DNA of 63,618 nt, filler included, from Octopus bimaculoides (Eukaryota), in assembly GCF_001194135.2 (NCBI RefSeq). It is 9 parts of 9 records of this genome, joined end to end, with 100 filler letters (N's around TTAATTAATTAA, not from the genome) between each part and the next. Parts side by side here need not be neighbours in the genome. Positions count along the whole stretch, not along the records: positions 61,574 to 63,618 come from NC_069005.1; 8 more parts are not named here. One strand, 5' to 3'. Each line of letters starts with the position of its first letter. Within the stretch, counting starts at the first letter, position 1. This document shows positions 62,354 through 63,618 of the stretch, piece after piece. Under the pieces are notes generated by a model, which worked only from the letters and a program-made list of their open reading frames with translations, made no database searches and was not told the DNA's origin. The position numbers and the translations under genes are program-made.

Positions 62354-63106
62354 NNNNNNNNNNNNNNNNNNNNNNNNNNNNNNNNNNNNNNNNNNNNNNN
62401 NNNNNNNNNNNNNNNNNNNNNNNNNNNNNNNNNNNNNNNNNNNNNNNNNNNNNNNNNNNNNNNNNNNNNNNNNNNNNNNNNNNNNNNNNNNNNNNNNNNN
62501 NNNNNNNNNNNNNNNNNNNNNNNNNNNNNNNNNNNNNNNNNNNNNNNNNNNNNNNNNNNNNNNNNNNNNNNNNNNNNNNNNNNNNNNNNNNNNNNNNNNN
62601 NNNNNNNNNNNNNNNNNNNNNNNNNNNNNNNNNNNNNNNNNNNNNNNNNNNNNNNNNNNNNNNNNNNNNNNNNNNNNNNNNNNNNNNNNNNNNNNNNNNN
62701 NNNNNNNNNNNNNNNNNNNNNNNNNNNNNNNNNNNNNNNNNNNNNNNNNNNNNNNNNNNNNNNNNNNNNNNNNNNNNNNNNNNNNNNNNNNNNNNNNNNN
62801 NNNNNNNNNNNNNNNNNNNNNNNNNNNNNNNNNNNNNNNNNNNNNNNNNNNNNNNNNNNNNNNNNNNNNNNNNNNNNNNNNNNNNNNNNNNNNNNNNNNN
62901 NNNNNNNNNNNNNNNNNNNNNNNNNNNNNNNNNNNNNNNNNNNNNNNNNNNNNNNNNNNNNNNNNNNNNNNNNNNNNNNNNNNNNNNNNNNNNNNNNNNN
63001 NNNNNNNNNNNNNNNNNNNNNNNNNNNNNNNNNNNNNNNNNNNNNNNNNNNNNNNNNNNNNNNNNNNNNNNNNNNNNNNNNNNNNNNNNNNNNNNNNNNN
63101 NNNNNN

Positions 63107-63202
<96 letters not shown>

Positions 63203-63583
63203 GTATATGCATATGTATATATGTATGTATGTATTTAGCAAAATTTGGCGAAGTCAATCGACCGAAACACAACACTAGTAAATAAATTAAATTGTCTCAA
63301 ATATTTGATATTCTAGAGACGACCTCTTCGTTTAAGAGGTCAATGTTGATGGTTAGGTTTTTCATTATTATCATTTCTGTGAGAGGATTTCTTCATTTAT
63401 TTACTTTGGTTTCTTCCTTTTGTTGTTCCAGAGCTGTTATGTAAACGTATGTGTGTGTATGAATATGTGTATAAACACACACACACACACACACACATAT
63501 ATACGCACAAACAAACACATACACTCGCATACATAACACGTTCCATATAAATATATATTTACTCATATTAGGTTCGTTTCCTG

Positions 63584-63618
<35 letters not shown>

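Overview
AT-rich, microsatellite-saturated eukaryotic DNA, most likely an octopus genome (inferred from the SINE families and repeat landscape, not from a database search). Eight artificial N44-TTAATTAATTAA-N44 linkers mean that adjacency and orientation across those points are not guaranteed. There is no intact protein-coding gene, rRNA operon or CRISPR array, and nearly all listed ORFs are microsatellite or N-gap artefacts. Recognisable content is a set of decayed mobile elements: two R4/Dong-type RLE non-LTR retrotransposons, three Penelope-like (PLE) fragments with GIY-YIG motifs, PLE terminal-repeat relics carrying hammerhead ribozyme motifs, one hAT and two Merlin (IS1595-like) transposase fossils, RTE and L2/Jockey-type RT fragments, several MITE/foldback elements, and more than 25 tRNA-derived SINE copies. 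A few short exons with good splice signals suggest the window is largely intronic. The best leads are (1) a same-strand PLE-terminus / R4 RT-zinc knuckle / GIY-YIG mosaic at 35.8-37.3 kb, where a GIY-YIG fragment sits where the R4 restriction-like nuclease should be; (2) a near-complete minimal type I hammerhead at 19.3 kb; (3) an isolated 83-nt fully paired pre-miRNA-sized hairpin at 29.2 kb; (4) a dense cluster of long inverted repeats at 13.6-31 kb, including a perfect template-switch hairpin inside a Merlin CDS. None is demonstrated to be a new functional system; each needs the checks stated.
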